A stretch of 64,000 nucleotides of DNA from an archaeon (GTDB taxonomy: Archaea; B1Sed10-29; WALL01), in the NCBI GenBank assembly GCA_042584585.1, contig JBHOSQ010000002.1, positions 1 through 64,000 on the forward strand. The letters run 5' to 3'. Numbering within the stretch: the stretch's first letter is position 1; each line of letters starts with the position of its first letter. Position numbers and translations under genes: made by a program. The notes beneath the pieces were generated by a model, which worked only from the letters and a program-made list of their open reading frames with translations, ran no database searches and was not told the DNA's origin. Shown here one piece after another: positions 9,533 through 19,684 of this stretch.

Positions 9533-12139
9533 ATGGGGAGAGGAATTGCGGTAGCAATATTCATAACAATGTTCATAGGGTCAGCCCTTGCCTTGGGCGG
9601 GCCACACCAAGAAACGTTGACGTATAGTTCAGCGACTTATTCGACGGTCACTTACACTTGCGACACTAGTGACGACAGATGCAGCTGGAGCATAGGTTGC
9701 GGATGTTCCTCACAACAAGCAGCGTTCGACAAGAACTTTGGCTCGGCAACGAACGTACAAACAAACGGGAACGGCCAAGTAAAATTGTATAGTTATGTAA
9801 ATCTAAGTTGGCCGTTGAAGGGTGACACGCAGAACGTGACAGAAGTCTTTTTTGAGGCCCGTACCCAATACATGAGTTCCTCAACAGGCGGAGGAGGCTC
9901 TGCAGGTGTTTGGAACTACGATAGTAGCACGTACCAAGGGGCAGTAAGCGTCGCCTCAACGGTTGCACGAGTAACCAACACCAACACAATCACGGGAGCC
10001 ACGGCAAACAACATCATAAACAAAACTAACGGGAAAATGAGACTCTCAGCATATGTTTATGTGCAGCGAGGATGGACTGCAGGACCAGATATCTACGAAA
10101 TCCGGGCAACGAACATGACCTACTCCTACAACTACCTCCCCGTGATTGAGTCGTTCACTGGGCCTTCGGGCGACAAGAAGCCGGGCAACTCAGTCACGTT
10201 CACGGTGAGCGACTGGAATGACACTGACGGGGACTACGGGAAAGTCCGCGTGTGCAAGACCGGCTCGATAGACGGCGGGAACTGCAGCGACGGAGACTGG
10301 TGCACCACGACTGGATGGGTAACGGCGCCAGGCGAAATGAGCTGCTCGTACACCGTCGACGGCACTGAAAACGAGACCAACGAATACCACGTCTTTGTCT
10401 GCGACGACTACGACTGGTCCTGCTCCCAAGCAGAGCAAGGCAACTTCAGCATGGTGTTCGGGCCATACGCCGAAAGCGTTGCCATTAGCCCGGAAGTGGC
10501 GTACCGGAACAGCAACCTCACGGGGTCAGGGAACTACGGCGACGTGAACAACAACACGCAAAACGGCTCGGTGCGGACATGGTGGGTTAACGGCGCCATG
10601 GTGAAAAACGAGTCCCTGCCGGCCGGAGACAGCTATAACTCGTCCACGCTCACTGCCGCGGAAGGCGGGTACAACGTCGGCGACAACGTCAAGTTCGGGT
10701 TCAAGGCATGCAACAACATCAGTGAATGCGCGCCAATGAAAAACGCCACCATCGAAATCATAAACGCGGTGCCCGTGGTCGAGACGACCGAAGAAGACAA
10801 GTACTACCTGAACCAAGACATCGCGATTGGCGCGAACATTTACAGCCCCGACGAAGACGCGCTGAACGTCACGTGGGAGTGGTGGCTCAACGGAAACTCC
10901 ACAGCCGGGAACGTCTCGACACTCACGCAAGACAATAATTACACCCGGGGGGACAACGTAACTTACCAGGTGAGTGCGACCGACGGCGCCGACACCACCA
11001 ACTCCACCAGCACAATCACAATCGCAAACTACGAGCCCCAGTTCCAGAGCCACGCCATAACCAACCCAGCGTATAGGGGCACGGACTTGTCTTGCACATG
11101 GATAGTCACCGACATCGAGGAAAACAACTTCACTGTCACGGCCAAGTGGTACAAAAATTCGGTGCACACAGGCGAATGGGACTGCTCAGTAAGCTGCCTC
11201 AACAACACGCCATGCAGCGCGAGCATCACAGTCCCCGGCGCCAACGTATCGTTCGGCGACGAGTTCATCTGCGAGGCCAGTGCAAGCGACGGGATTGACT
11301 CCACCAGCAGCAATGCCACGCGAAGCGCCGAGGCGAAGTGCGGGGACGGCATAATCGAAGGAGGGGAAAGCTGTGAAGGCGTGGACCTCAATGGCCAGAC
11401 CTGTGGAGGGCTGGGATACGCAAGCGGCACGCTATCATGCAGCGGCTCGTGCACGTTCGACACCTCGAAATGCAGCAGCGGAGGCAGTGGTGACCCAGGT
11501 GGGCCAGGCGGCAGCAGCGGAAGCAGCGACACAGGCGGCGGAGCCCCACCCACCGTACAAAACACTACTGCCGAGCCACTGGAAGAACTACTAATCGAGA
11601 TAGAGCTCCCGATGATAGAAGAAGAAGAGCCCGTGCAAGAGCCAATGGCAACCCCAACAGGGGAGCCGTCAATGGACGGCCCCCCCAGTTCGCCTGGGAA
11701 AACACCTAATCCCAAGACAGAAAAAGCGGACTTCACCGGCTTAGTGGCATTTGCCACCGGGCCATTCGCGTGGGGCGCGCTGCTGTTCCTCGTGGCGGCA
11801 CTGTTTTATGTAAAGCGGGGGGCAATCACGGCTGCAGTGCCGAAGGTTCCAGTGAAGCCAGCCGCCAAGACCCCTATGCCAATACTGCCGCGCAAGTTCC
11901 CGGCCAGCCCAAAGCGCAGGGCAGACCTCGTCAAGGGAATCGCGAACTCGCTCCAGGGAAGAAACGGCAAGTTCCACGCCGCCGGAATCTGGCGTGAGCT
12001 CCACAGCGCCTACGGCGACACAGTCGTGCGGGACCGCATCTACATCGAAAAAGAAATCGGTGAGTGGCTCAAAGACAACGCCGACTTCACCGAGTCTTAC
12101 CGAAACGCCAAGTATTACAAGTTCAAGCCAAGCAACTGA
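9533..12139 (+). CDS. Cys-rich membrane-anchored surface (glyco)protein with Ig-like modules and cytoplasmic tail
   Basis: Signal peptide after GAGGTGA SD; many N-x-S/T sequons; CGDGIIEGGESCEG...C Cys repeat; Gly/Ser and Pro/Glu linker; TM GPFAWGALLFLVAALFYV; ~105-aa basic tail. Confidence 0.8.
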   Translation: MGRGIAVAIFITMFIGSALALGGPHQETLTYSSATYSTVTYTCDTSDDRCSWSIGCGCSSQQAAFDKNFGSATNVQTNGNGQVKLYSYVNLSWPLKGDTQNVTEVFFEARTQYMSSSTGGGGSAGVWNYDSSTYQGAVSVASTVARVTNTNTITGATANNIINKTNGKMRLSAYVYVQRGWTAGPDIYEIRATNMTYSYNYLPVIESFTGPSGDKKPGNSVTFTVSDWNDTDGDYGKVRVCKTGSIDGGNCSDGDWCTTTGWVTAPGEMSCSYTVDGTENETNEYHVFVCDDYDWSCSQAEQGNFSMVFGPYAESVAISPEVAYRNSNLTGSGNYGDVNNNTQNGSVRTWWVNGAMVKNESLPAGDSYNSSTLTAAEGGYNVGDNVKFGFKACNNISECAPMKNATIEIINAVPVVETTEEDKYYLNQDIAIGANIYSPDEDALNVTWEWWLNGNSTAGNVSTLTQDNNYTRGDNVTYQVSATDGADTTNSTSTITIANYEPQFQSHAITNPAYRGTDLSCTWIVTDIEENNFTVTAKWYKNSVHTGEWDCSVSCLNNTPCSASITVPGANVSFGDEFICEASASDGIDSTSSNATRSAEAKCGDGIIEGGESCEGVDLNGQTCGGLGYASGTLSCSGSCTFDTSKCSSGGSGDPGGPGGSSGSSDTGGGAPPTVQNTTAEPLEELLIEIELPMIEEEEPVQEPMATPTGEPSMDGPPSSPGKTPNPKTEKADFTGLVAFATGPFAWGALLFLVAALFYVKRGAITAAVPKVPVKPAAKTPMPILPRKFPASPKRRADLVKGIANSLQGRNGKFHAAGIWRELHSAYGDTVVRDRIYIEKEIGEWLKDNADFTESYRNAKYYKFKPSN

Positions 12140-12381
12140 ACACGCTCGAAAACAGGGAAAAAGGCGAGCATGTATCCAATATTTCCTTATTTGGCTTGGT
12201 TTTCTGAGGTTTTTTGTCAATAGGCTGTAGTATACAACATAAAATAAGCATATGGCATGTTAATCAACTCCCAACAGCAGAAACACAGCATACATGCCTC
12301 TGATTATTGGAATAAGCCTGTATGTAGCTCTAAACGCCAATCGGAAGCCATATAAAGGAGTTTGAACAACAACTTATCAGT

Positions 12382-12446
12382 GGGGTTGTTTGGGGAGAGG
12401 CAACCCCCGGGCCCTGTTCCTTTTGGGGAGGGGAGAACAGGGCCCG
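12382..12446. other. Two adjacent GC-rich stem-loops with similar loop sequence upstream of TA pair
   Basis: GGGGTTG/CAACCCC (12382-12407) and CGGGCCCTGTTC/GAACAGGGCCCG (12408-12446); both enclose TTTGGGGAG. Confidence 0.65.
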
Positions 12447-12457
12447 AAACAAATAAA

Positions 12458-12481
12458 TAAGATAAGTCTTACAAATCTTAC
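12458..12481 (+). promoter_or_regulatory. Putative antitoxin operator
   Basis: TAAGA...TCTTAC-AAA-TCTTAC inverted/direct repeats just upstream of the AbrB gene. Confidence 0.4.
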
Positions 12482-12497
12482 CGGTGTTAGTTTGAAC

Positions 12498-12764
12498 ATG
12501 GATGTTGTTCGCTTGTCAAGCAAGGGCCAATTGGTCATCCCACAGGAGATGAGGGCAGACCTTGAACTAAAGGCAGGAGAGAAACTCGTCATAATAGGCG
12601 GCAAGGATGGCCTCGTGCTGAAGCCGCTGAAGCGGCTTAGTGGGGAGCTGCTGCAGGAGCTCGCGGACGCGAAGCTCGCTGCAGATTCCTGGAAAGAGAT
12701 GGACAAGGGAAAAGCACTCAAATTCAGCAAAAACCGGTTCCGTAAGGAGCTAGAGTCGTGGTAA
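12498..12764 (+). CDS. AbrB/MazE/SpoVT-family antitoxin
   Basis: VVRLSSKGQLVIPQEMRADLELKAGEKL swapped-hairpin signature. Confidence 0.9.
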   Translation: MDVVRLSSKGQLVIPQEMRADLELKAGEKLVIIGGKDGLVLKPLKRLSGELLQELADAKLAADSWKEMDKGKALKFSKNRFRKELESW

Positions 12765-13018
12765 AAAATATAATTGTAAACCCAAGGCTGAAAAAGAAGC
12801 TGGAAAAACTCGCTGACAAAAAGACGAAGGAACGGATAAAAAAGAAGATTCTTGAGATAGCGACACGCCCCCAGCTAGGTAAGCCATTAAGATTTTCATT
12901 GAGGGGTGACCGCGTGGTGCGAATTCCACCGTTCAGACTTATTTACTCGGTGAAAGGTGACACCCTTTACTTACACGGCTTCAGCCACCGAAAACACGCT
13001 TACTCCAAAGCGGCATAG
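12758..13018 (+). CDS. RelE/ParE-family toxin
   Basis: Basic 86 aa; GKPLRFSLRGDRVVRIPPFRLIYSV...HRKHAY; overlaps antitoxin stop. Confidence 0.85.
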   Translation: MVKNIIVNPRLKKKLEKLADKKTKERIKKKILEIATRPQLGKPLRFSLRGDRVVRIPPFRLIYSVKGDTLYLHGFSHRKHAYSKAA

Positions 13019-14109
13019 AGCTTGTCGTATCCCCGTGCCGTGTGGTCCCAGGTGAAGTTTTCCTTGACCCGCTTTCTGCCGGCGCGGCCCATGCGCTTTG
13101 CCTTGTCGGGAGTGGAGAGAATGGAGTTGACTGCTTCTGCCAGTGCGGCTGGGTCCCGGGGCTGGACGAGGCTGCCGACTTCTGGAGTGACCACTTCGGG
13201 GACACCGCCGACACTCGTGCCAATCACCGGAGTCTCCATGGCCATTGCCTCCACAAGGGCCATGCCGAACGGCTCGTACAACGAGGGTAATACGAATGCT
13301 TTGGCGGCGCCGTATAGGCACGCCAGCTTCTGCTCGCTCACAGGCTTCGTGATGAACGTCACGTTGTCCGGCGCAAGCTTCGCCAATTTTTCCTTCTGCT
13401 TGCCACGGCCCAAAATAACAAGGCGGGCGTCGATGTTGCTCGCCGCCTCCAGCAAATACTTGAAGCCCTTCTGCTCCACAAACCGGCCGTTCGAAAACAC
13501 GAAGTCGCCGAACTCCGAGAGTGTCGGGGAGCAGTCCATCTTGGGGTCGTAGTCCTCAAGGTTCACGCCGTTGTAGACGACCGACGCCTTGTCCCAATAC
13601 TCCTCGGGAAGCGTGGTCTCGAGAGTGTTTTTGGACACCGCTGCGATGCGGTCGCACTGGCCGAAAATCTTTTCGCCGAAGAAGTCGTCGTAAAACGAGC
13701 CCGCCGCGTCTGTAATCGGGTCGATGCCCTGCGGCCGCGCATTGTGCAGTGTGAGGCAAACGTGCTTCCCCCTCTTCTTCAGGGCCTTGAAGCTGTTCAC
13801 CGAATAAGTGAAGCGGTTGTGGAAATGGAACAAGTCGTTGTACTTCGCCTGCTTGCGGATGACCGCGTCCCCGTGAGGGGCCAAAGGCATCGGCGGCGGC
13901 AGCGGATGGGGGAGATATGTTAGTACAAGGGCTCGGGCGCGGATTATTTCCATGCCCTCAATGACTTCGCGGCGCGGTGCTTTTGGATAGCGGTACGTGA
14001 GCACGGTCACGTGGTGCTTTTTGGCCAGCCTTCGGCCGACCTCGAAAATGTGCTTCTCGGTCCCCCCCATGTACGGGAAAAAGAACGGGTTGACCATACA
14101 TATGTTCAT
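13000..14109 (-). CDS. Glycosyltransferase family 4
   Basis: FFPYMGGTEKH, VYNGV, GRFVEQKG, VLPSLYEPFGMALVEAMA. Confidence 0.93.
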   Translation of the reverse strand: MNICMVNPFFFPYMGGTEKHIFEVGRRLAKKHHVTVLTYRYPKAPRREVIEGMEIIRARALVLTYLPHPLPPPMPLAPHGDAVIRKQAKYNDLFHFHNRFTYSVNSFKALKKRGKHVCLTLHNARPQGIDPITDAAGSFYDDFFGEKIFGQCDRIAAVSKNTLETTLPEEYWDKASVVYNGVNLEDYDPKMDCSPTLSEFGDFVFSNGRFVEQKGFKYLLEAASNIDARLVILGRGKQKEKLAKLAPDNVTFITKPVSEQKLACLYGAAKAFVLPSLYEPFGMALVEAMAMETPVIGTSVGGVPEVVTPEVGSLVQPRDPAALAEAVNSILSTPDKAKRMGRAGRKRVKENFTWDHTARGYDKLYAALE

Positions 14110-14160
14110 CCCACTCTTTTTGGCGATGATATTTAAATACGTAAAGCCAAAGGAAGAGTG

Positions 14161-15498
14161 ATGTTCCCGAGCCACATCTTCAGGGCCTACGATATACGGG
14201 GCAAATACGGCGAAGACCTCACCGAAGAAATAATGGAAAACATCGGCAAAAGCCTCGGCACAATGGTTCTCGAGCGCGGGCTCAAGAGCGTGGTAGTCGG
14301 CAGGGACACACGATGGACCTCACCCCCAATGGCAGAAGCGCTAAAGAAAGGCCTCTTGCAGGCACCCGTCGAAGTATTCGACTGCGGGGAAACAAGCTTC
14401 GGCGCCGCAGTGTACTGCGCCCAGCACCACGGGAAAGACATTTGCGCGTACGTGACCCCGTCTCACCTGCCAGCAGACCACAACGGCCTCAAAGTGTTTT
14501 ATGGAACGGGATTGTCGTTCATGTCGAAAGACATTGCCGAACTCGGGAAAAGGACAAAATCACAGGAATGGACATTGGGCGAGGGAAAAGACGGTGGGGA
14601 GCTGGACCCAAAAGCGCCGTACATGGACCTGGTCAAAACAAACTTTGACTGTGCCGGAGTGAAGTGTGTGCTGGACTGCGGGGGCGGGGCAACGACCACA
14701 ACACACCCCGAGCTTTTCAAGGCATTGGGCATGGAAGTCACGGAACTGTTCTGCGAGAAAGACCCACAGCTAAAAGTCAGGGACCCCAAGCCAAGCGAGG
14801 AAACGATTGGGGCATTGATTGCGAAGACACGGGAGTTGGCGGAGGGATTCGGAGTCGCGTTCGACGCGGACGGCGACCGCGCGGTGCTGGTGGACGAGCA
14901 AGGCAAGGTTTTGTCCGCGGACCAGTGCGCGGGAATAGTGGTGAAGCGATTGCTGGCGAAAGAAAAAGGCGCGGTGATCGCCACGGTCGAGTGCTCGATG
15001 GTCGCCGAAGACTACTTGAGGCCAATGGGCGCCGAAGTGGTGCGGGTGCCGGTGGGGCACACGTTCATCATGGAAGCAGGAAAAAAGTATAACGCTTTAC
15101 TGGGGTACGAGGACAGCGGGCACATGGCCATGCCACGGATTGCATTGTTCGACGACCCCGTGTTTGTCGTGCTGTCGATTGCCGAGGCAATGAAAAACGA
15201 GGGGAAAAAGCTGAGTGAGCTTGCTTCCGAGGTGCCGACTTACCCGAGGAAGCGCGTCACGATTGAAGTGGGGGACGACAAGAAATTCGCGCTCATCGAA
15301 AGCCTGAAGCAAAAAATGGCCGGCGACAACGTGAACACCATGGACGGAGTGCGCGTTGAGTTTGACGACGGGTGGGTGTTGATTCGCGCGTCGAACACAG
15401 AGCCCATTGTGCGGCTGACTGTTGAAGCCAAGACGCAGGCTCGCGTGGACGAGCTCGCCGAAGAGTTCTCGAAAGTGCTCGAGGAAGCGGCCGGATGA
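14161..15498 (+). CDS. Phosphoglucomutase/phosphomannomutase family
   Basis: IFRAYDIRG, TPSHLP phospho-Ser loop, FDADGDR, YEDSGH, RASNTEP. Confidence 0.92.
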   Translation: MFPSHIFRAYDIRGKYGEDLTEEIMENIGKSLGTMVLERGLKSVVVGRDTRWTSPPMAEALKKGLLQAPVEVFDCGETSFGAAVYCAQHHGKDICAYVTPSHLPADHNGLKVFYGTGLSFMSKDIAELGKRTKSQEWTLGEGKDGGELDPKAPYMDLVKTNFDCAGVKCVLDCGGGATTTTHPELFKALGMEVTELFCEKDPQLKVRDPKPSEETIGALIAKTRELAEGFGVAFDADGDRAVLVDEQGKVLSADQCAGIVVKRLLAKEKGAVIATVECSMVAEDYLRPMGAEVVRVPVGHTFIMEAGKKYNALLGYEDSGHMAMPRIALFDDPVFVVLSIAEAMKNEGKKLSELASEVPTYPRKRVTIEVGDDKKFALIESLKQKMAGDNVNTMDGVRVEFDDGWVLIRASNTEPIVRLTVEAKTQARVDELAEEFSKVLEEAAG

Positions 15499-16556
15499 TA
15501 GTCGTCGGCGCCGGGCCAGCCGGACTGCTCTGCGCAAAAGAAGCCGCGTCACTCGGCGCGAAAGTAACTGTTTATGAAGAGCACAAGGAAGTCGGGGAGC
15601 CCGTGAAATGCACCGGCTTGATTTCCAAAAAAGGGCTGGACAAGCTCGCCGTCGGCTACGAAGACTCGGTCTTGAACGAGTGCCGCGGAGCGCGCTTCTA
15701 CTCGCCCAACGGCACGGAGCTCGAGGTAAAAAAAAGCGGGCCAGTCGCGCTTGTTGTGGACCGCGCCGTGCTCGACAAAGCCATTGCCGAAGAAGCACAG
15801 TCAGAAGGCGTGGAAATAATCACCGGGAAAAAATGGGAAGGCAAATGTGACGTCGCGGCAGACGGGCCGCTGAGTAAGTGGGGGCCGAAGAGGCAATACG
15901 TTCATGCGTACCAAGTCACCGCGGACCTGGAAAAAGAAACCGACTTTGTCGAAATCCACTGGACCCCAGAATTCTTTGCGTGGGTCGTGCCCGTAAACAA
16001 CAAGGAATGCAGGGTCGGAATCGGGGTACGAACTGGGCGTTGGCCGGAGGGCAACGCCATGGCCCCGGGCAACCCCAAAGAGGCATTGATGAAGTGGCTG
16101 CACTCCAAAAAAATGGAGCTGGAATACGACAACGAAGCGAGCGCCTTAATCCCGTTGTTCGACAATTCTCCTGCGGTGGTGGACGGCACCTGCCTCGTGG
16201 GCGACGCGGCCGCGCACGTCAAGGCAACCACGGGAGGCGGCGTGGCAATCGGCGGGTTCAACGCCAGGATTTGCGGCGCGGTGCTTGGGGAGAACAGAAA
16301 ACCGGCGGACTACGAGGCGCTGTGGCGCGAGGAATATGGCAAGGACCTGGGCATGCACCGCAGGATAAGAAACATGCTCGACAAAATCCCGCCAAGCGAA
16401 ATGGACGGCTTGTTTGAGTTGGCCAACTCGGAGGGCCTGGCGAAGACAATCGAAAGGCACGGCGACATGGAACGCCCGTGGCCGCTGCTGAACGCATTGA
16501 TGCAGAAGCCGGGGCTCGCCATGAAAATGATGAAGTACGCGAAGTACCTTCAATAG
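15495..16556 (+). CDS. Geranylgeranyl reductase family (digeranylgeranylglycerophospholipid reductase-like)
   Basis: VVGAGPAG, EPVKCTGLIS, FAWVVP, VGDAAAHVKATTGGG. Confidence 0.85.
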   Translation: MIVVGAGPAGLLCAKEAASLGAKVTVYEEHKEVGEPVKCTGLISKKGLDKLAVGYEDSVLNECRGARFYSPNGTELEVKKSGPVALVVDRAVLDKAIAEEAQSEGVEIITGKKWEGKCDVAADGPLSKWGPKRQYVHAYQVTADLEKETDFVEIHWTPEFFAWVVPVNNKECRVGIGVRTGRWPEGNAMAPGNPKEALMKWLHSKKMELEYDNEASALIPLFDNSPAVVDGTCLVGDAAAHVKATTGGGVAIGGFNARICGAVLGENRKPADYEALWREEYGKDLGMHRRIRNMLDKIPPSEMDGLFELANSEGLAKTIERHGDMERPWPLLNALMQKPGLAMKMMKYAKYLQ

Positions 16557-17671
16557 TGCTTCTTGATTATTCCGACCGCGTGGTCCATCTGTTCTTTTGT
16601 CACGTCCAGTGCCGGGTATAGGACCATGCGGCTGTCCATCACAGACGTAATCAGCCGGTCACCCAAGCACTTGTCCCAAATCTGCTTATTCTTCACGCCG
16701 AAGCCGATGCACAAGCCCTTTCCAGAGGGCTCGCAGAACTCGGACAGTTGCTTCATCAAGTAGTCGCCGCTTTCCGCCGAGCGCTGCACCAAGTTGTTCT
16801 TCTCGATGTAATTGATGTTGGCAAGCGTGGCCTCGACACTGACTGGGAGCCAGCCGAAAGTAGAGTAGTTGCTGAACTCGAAGCGCATGGTCTCCGCGAC
16901 CTCGGGCGTCGCAATGGCCGCGCCGATTCCCGCGTAGCCAGACGAAAAGCCCTTGGCTACCGTCATCACGTCGGGGCTAAGGTTGTAATGTTCTGTCGCG
17001 AACCACTTGCCCGTACGGCCGAAGCCGGTGGCGACCTCATCCATAATGAACACGGTGTTGGTTTCCTTGCACGCCTCCTGGACCGCATCGAAAAAGGATT
17101 GCGGCGGGAGGACGACGCCAAGGTTGCAGATGATTGGCTCGGAAATGAACGCGGAAATTGTCTCTGTCTTGATTTCCTTGACCGCTTTTTCAGTGGTGGC
17201 CTCCCAGTCGTCAACTGTGAGGCGGATGGTCGGGGGATACGGGCCGAACTTTTCCTCGTGCGTGCCCACCAAAGACAGGCAGGAAAAAGACTGGCCGTGG
17301 TAAGCGCCATCGAACGCCATGAACTTCTCGCGGCGGTTGAACGCACGGGAAATCTTCATCGCGAGCTCGACCGCTTCTGTGCCGCCGGTCGCGCGGAAGC
17401 TCTTCTGGAGCTTGCCCGGAGTGAGCTTAGCCAAGCGCTTGGCGAGTGCGTCCCAGGGCAAATAAGTCGCGCGGGGAATCACGTAATTGGGCCCCTTGAA
17501 CTCGCGGACGGCTCGGTTGATTTCTTTCTTGTTCCAGCCCGCGTTGCCAACACACCAGCCCATGATAAAGTCCAGGAACTTGATTGGGCCAGCCTTTAGG
17601 TAGCTGCCCTCCGAGCCCGTGATTGGCACTGGGGAGTCCAGCTTGTCCCTGAACAAGTACTCGTCAAACAT
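16550..17671 (-). CDS. Class III PLP aminotransferase (ArgD/ornithine aminotransferase-like)
   Basis: GGTEAVE, AYHG, FISEPI, MDEVATGFGRTG, VAKGFSSG. Confidence 0.85.
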   Translation of the reverse strand: MFDEYLFRDKLDSPVPITGSEGSYLKAGPIKFLDFIMGWCVGNAGWNKKEINRAVREFKGPNYVIPRATYLPWDALAKRLAKLTPGKLQKSFRATGGTEAVELAMKISRAFNRREKFMAFDGAYHGQSFSCLSLVGTHEEKFGPYPPTIRLTVDDWEATTEKAVKEIKTETISAFISEPIICNLGVVLPPQSFFDAVQEACKETNTVFIMDEVATGFGRTGKWFATEHYNLSPDVMTVAKGFSSGYAGIGAAIATPEVAETMRFEFSNYSTFGWLPVSVEATLANINYIEKNNLVQRSAESGDYLMKQLSEFCEPSGKGLCIGFGVKNKQIWDKCLGDRLITSVMDSRMVLYPALDVTKEQMDHAVGIIKKHY

Positions 17672-17675
17672 GCAA

Positions 17676-18881
17676 TCACTCTTTTAGGCGCCTCACGGCT
17701 TCCTCGACGTCCTCGCGGTGGCCGAACGCGCTGAACCGCAGGAAACCCTCGCCCGCCGGGCCGAACCCCGAGCCGGGAGTCGTCACGACGTGCTTCTTTT
17801 CCAGCAACTCCTCGAACGCGTCCCACGAAGACTTGTTTGGGATGCGGGCCCAGATGTAAGGCGAGTTGACCCCGCCATAATTCTCGTAGCCAATGGACGT
17901 CACGGCCTCCTTAATCAGCCGCGCGTTTTCCATGTAAAAGCCAATCGTTTCATTCATCTCGCGGAGGCCCTGCTCGGTCAACGCGTTGCACACGCCGGCC
18001 TGCACAATGTTGGACGCTCCGTTGAAAATCGTGGTCATCACCCGGTTCCAGTCCTTGATGACAGGGTGGCCGTCGTCGAACTTCAATTCACTTGGGACGA
18101 CCGTCCAGCCGAGCCGGACGCCCGTAAAGCCAAGCGGCTTCGAGAACGAGCCAACCTCGATGGCGACCTCACGCGCGCCGACGACCTCGAAAATCGAGCG
18201 CGGCAAGTCCTTGTCGCGGATGAAGTCGCGGTACGCGGAATCGAAAATGATTATTGATTTGTTTTTCTTTGCGAACTCGACCAGCTCGGTTAATTGGTCC
18301 TTCGTAGAGACCGCGCCCGTCGGGTTGTTCGGAGAACAAAAGTAGATTAAGTCTGTTCGCGGAGTGTTTTCCAGGTCCGGGAAAAAATCGTTTTCGGGAT
18401 TGCACGTCATGTAAGTGATGCCGTCGAAATGCTTTTGGGCCTGGCTGTAATCACCGGTCTGCCCCATCATCACGCTGCCGTCGACGTAAACCGGGTAAGC
18501 CGGGTCCTGGACCGCAACCGTTGCCGAGCTGCCGAACATCAGCTGTATGCGGCCGATGTCGCACTTCGCGCCGTCCGAGACAAAGACTTCTTCCGCAGAC
18601 GCAAGATTGGGGTAAAAAGTCTTGGCGATTTTCCCGCGCAGCGCGGTAAGGCCCTGCTCGTCGCCATAGCCTGAATAGCCCTCGTGCGTGCCCAATCCCT
18701 CGGCCGCCTCGCGAAGCGCATTGGTGATGCACGGCGACAAAGGCTCCGTGGTGTTGCCGATGCCAAGGCTGATTACCTTTGCGTTCGGGCTCTTTTCCAG
18801 CAACGCGTTCTTCCGCCTGTTGATTTCCGGGAACAAATATCCCGCCTGAAGCTTTGCAATGTCCTTGTTTCGCTCGACCAT
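17676..18881 (-). CDS. dapL: LL-diaminopimelate aminotransferase
   Basis: GYLFPEI, ISLGIGNTTEP, SDGAKCD, DPAYPVY, CSPNNPTG, SFSKPLGFTGVRLGW, TPGSGFG; in dap operon. Confidence 0.93.
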   Translation of the reverse strand: MVERNKDIAKLQAGYLFPEINRRKNALLEKSPNAKVISLGIGNTTEPLSPCITNALREAAEGLGTHEGYSGYGDEQGLTALRGKIAKTFYPNLASAEEVFVSDGAKCDIGRIQLMFGSSATVAVQDPAYPVYVDGSVMMGQTGDYSQAQKHFDGITYMTCNPENDFFPDLENTPRTDLIYFCSPNNPTGAVSTKDQLTELVEFAKKNKSIIIFDSAYRDFIRDKDLPRSIFEVVGAREVAIEVGSFSKPLGFTGVRLGWTVVPSELKFDDGHPVIKDWNRVMTTIFNGASNIVQAGVCNALTEQGLREMNETIGFYMENARLIKEAVTSIGYENYGGVNSPYIWARIPNKSSWDAFEELLEKKHVVTTPGSGFGPAGEGFLRFSAFGHREDVEEAVRRLKE

Positions 18882-19684
18882 CAAATCACCCCATCAAACA
18901 CGAACTCGGCAGAGCCGGTCATGTAAACATGATTGTCCTCCGACCACTCAATGCCAAGGTCGCCCCCGGCCAAGTGGACCGTTATGCCGCGGTTGGTCTT
19001 GTTGTTCAAGACACACGCCACCCCCACCGCAGAAGCCCCTGTGCCACACGCCAAAGTCTCCCCCGCACCGCGCTCCCACACGCGAACCTCCACCTCATCC
19101 TCGTTAAGCACCTTCACGAACTCCGTGTTGATGCGGTTGGGAAAAGATGAATGGTTCTCGAAAAGGGGCCCGAGCACAGGCAGGTCAAAGCCCAAGTCGT
19201 CCGCAAACACGACGCAGTGCGGGTTGCCCATCGAAACCAAAGTGACCTTGAACGGCCTTTCGCCGACGTTCAATTCGTGGGCAATGACCTTGTCCATTCC
19301 GAAGTTCCAGTTCTTGGACTGCAATCGCGGCTCGCCCATGTCCACCTTCACGCGGTCGCCCACGATTTCCGGCTTGATAATGCCCCCGAGTGTCTCGACG
19401 GTTATTTTCTTCTTGTCCGTGAGCCCACGCTCGTGGGCAAAGCGCGCGAGGCAGCGGATTCCGTTGCCGCACATCTCTACTTCGCCCCCGTCATGGTTCA
19501 AGATGCGCATCTTGAAGTCCGCGGAATCACTTTTGTCAATGAGCAGTATCTGGTCGCAGCCAACCCCAAAGTGGCGGTCCGCTATTTTTTTGGCGAACGC
19601 GTTAAGATCCGCCGGAAGGGTTTCCTCCATCGCGTTGATGACCACAAAATCGTTTCCGGCCCCGTGCATCTTCGTGAACTTCAC
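18881..19684 (-). CDS. dapF: Diaminopimelate epimerase
   Basis: KMHGAGNDF, EMCGNGIRC, SMGNPH, ERGAGETLACGTGA. Confidence 0.96.
   Translation of the reverse strand: MKFTKMHGAGNDFVVINAMEETLPADLNAFAKKIADRHFGVGCDQILLIDKSDSADFKMRILNHDGGEVEMCGNGIRCLARFAHERGLTDKKKITVETLGGIIKPEIVGDRVKVDMGEPRLQSKNWNFGMDKVIAHELNVGERPFKVTLVSMGNPHCVVFADDLGFDLPVLGPLFENHSSFPNRINTEFVKVLNEDEVEVRVWERGAGETLACGTGASAVGVACVLNNKTNRGITVHLAGGDLGIEWSEDNHVYMTGSAEFVFDGVI

Noticed and set aside
13000-13018. Convergent 19-nt overlap of RelE toxin and GT4 genes
   Set aside because: Short tail-to-tail overlaps also occur at 4689-4699 and 16550-16556; normal for a compact genome
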